Shown here in pieces: positions 63,330-64,000 of a stretch of 64,000 nucleotides of DNA. The notes below the pieces were generated by a model that worked only from the letters and a program-made list of their open reading frames with translations, ran no database searches and was not told the origin of the DNA. The stretch spans positions 160,001 to 224,000 of the forward strand of contig CAWAUV010000009.1 of NCBI GenBank assembly GCA_963785305.1, in the 5' to 3' direction. This stretch comes from an uncultured Planctomycetaceae bacterium (GTDB lineage: Bacteria; Planctomycetota; Planctomycetia; Pirellulales; PALSA-1355). Position numbers and translations under genes: made by a program. How positions within the stretch are numbered: the first letter of the stretch is position 1; each line of letters starts with the position of its first letter.

Positions 63330-64000
63330 AGCCACGGAAAAACACGGAAATGGATCGATGCCGCGGCCAGACCGATAATTTGTCCCCTGTTGCGTGAATA
63401 CTCCTTTCCTACTTCCGTGTCCTTTTCCGTGTTCATCCGTGGCTAAAAAACTCCTCTGCCCAGCGAGGCGTATCGATTGGCGAGCGGAACAAAGAACGGC
63501 GGAGCGGCCACGGAAGAACACTGAAAAACACGGAAATGAATCGATGCCGCGGCCAGACCGATAATTTGTCCCCTGTTGCGTGAATTCTCCTTTCCTACTT
63601 CCGTGTCCTTTTCCGTGTTCATCCGTGGCTAAAAAACTCCTCTGCCCAGCGAGGCGTATCGATTGGCGAGCGGAACAAAGAACGGCGGAGCGGCCACGGA
63701 AGAACACTGAAAAACACGGAAATGGATTGATGCCGCGGCCAGACCGATAATTTGTCCCCTGTTGCGTGAATTCTCCTTTCCTACTTCCGTGTCCTTTTCC
63801 GTGTTCATCCGTGGCTAAAAAACTCCTCTGCCCAGCGAGGCGTATCGATTGGCGAGCGGAACAAAGAACGGCGGAGCGGCCACGGAAGAACACTGAAAAA
63901 CACGGAAATGGATTGATGCCGCGGCCAGACCGATAATTTGTCCCCTGTTGCGTGAATACTCCTTTCCTACTTCCGTGTCCTTTTCCGTGTTCATCCGTGG
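63330..64000. repeat. 186-bp tandem repeat array, at least 3.6 units, running off the window end
   Basis: GATGCCGCGG recurs at 63357, 63543, 63729 and 63915. Each unit has an inverted pair GCCACGGA..CACGGAAA / TTCCGTG..TTCCGTG..TCCGTGGC. Confidence 0.95.

Noticed and set aside
63078..63893. 271-aa repeat ORF on the minus strand
   Set aside because: A by-product of a 186-bp (62-codon) repeat; it overlaps the DUF1553 gene antisense and has no protein-like motif.
63330..64000. CRISPR array
   Set aside because: The sequences between the palindromic arms are near-identical rather than unique spacers, the period is 186 bp, and no cas genes are present.
1..64000. rRNA/tRNA genes, prophage, defence systems, retron/DGR
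   Set aside because: No cloverleaf or rRNA signatures, phage genes, reverse transcriptase or restriction/Cas motifs were recognised.

Overview
GC-rich chromosomal window from a planctomycete, probably Pirellulales-like. The basis is the DUF1549/DUF1553, DUF1598 and DUF1571 genes, the Cys-rich secreted peptides and the short palindromic repeats. Housekeeping genes are mutS, glgC, ribBA and dnaE. Accessory genes include two SGNH/sialate O-acetylesterases, a PAS hybrid kinase/response regulator/DUF2294 operon, sugar catabolism genes, a desaturase-DUF1295-methyltransferase lipid operon, and many secreted or membrane proteins of unknown function. Roughly 20 genes after ~14 kb carry single indels, most likely long-read consensus errors. 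Mobile and repeat DNA comprises one complete ISKra4-type IS with terminal inverted repeats (TIRs), a 9-bp target duplication and a slippery site; two MITE families that wrap REP-like hairpins; a near-identical 1.3-kb DUF1598 duplication with divergent N-termini; and a 186-bp tandem array running off the window end. Best candidates for undescribed biology: (1) a stand-alone, ~245-nt, highly structured RNA with its own promoter and terminator between convergent genes (14.02-14.27 kb); (2) terminator-containing leader RNAs ahead of the kinase/DUF2294 operon and ahead of a Cys/His-rich secreted peptide; (3) that peptide lying next to an SdpA/SdpB-like (HTTM) gene pair. No rRNA, tRNA or CRISPR array was seen. 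All family calls are by-eye motif recognition, not database searches.
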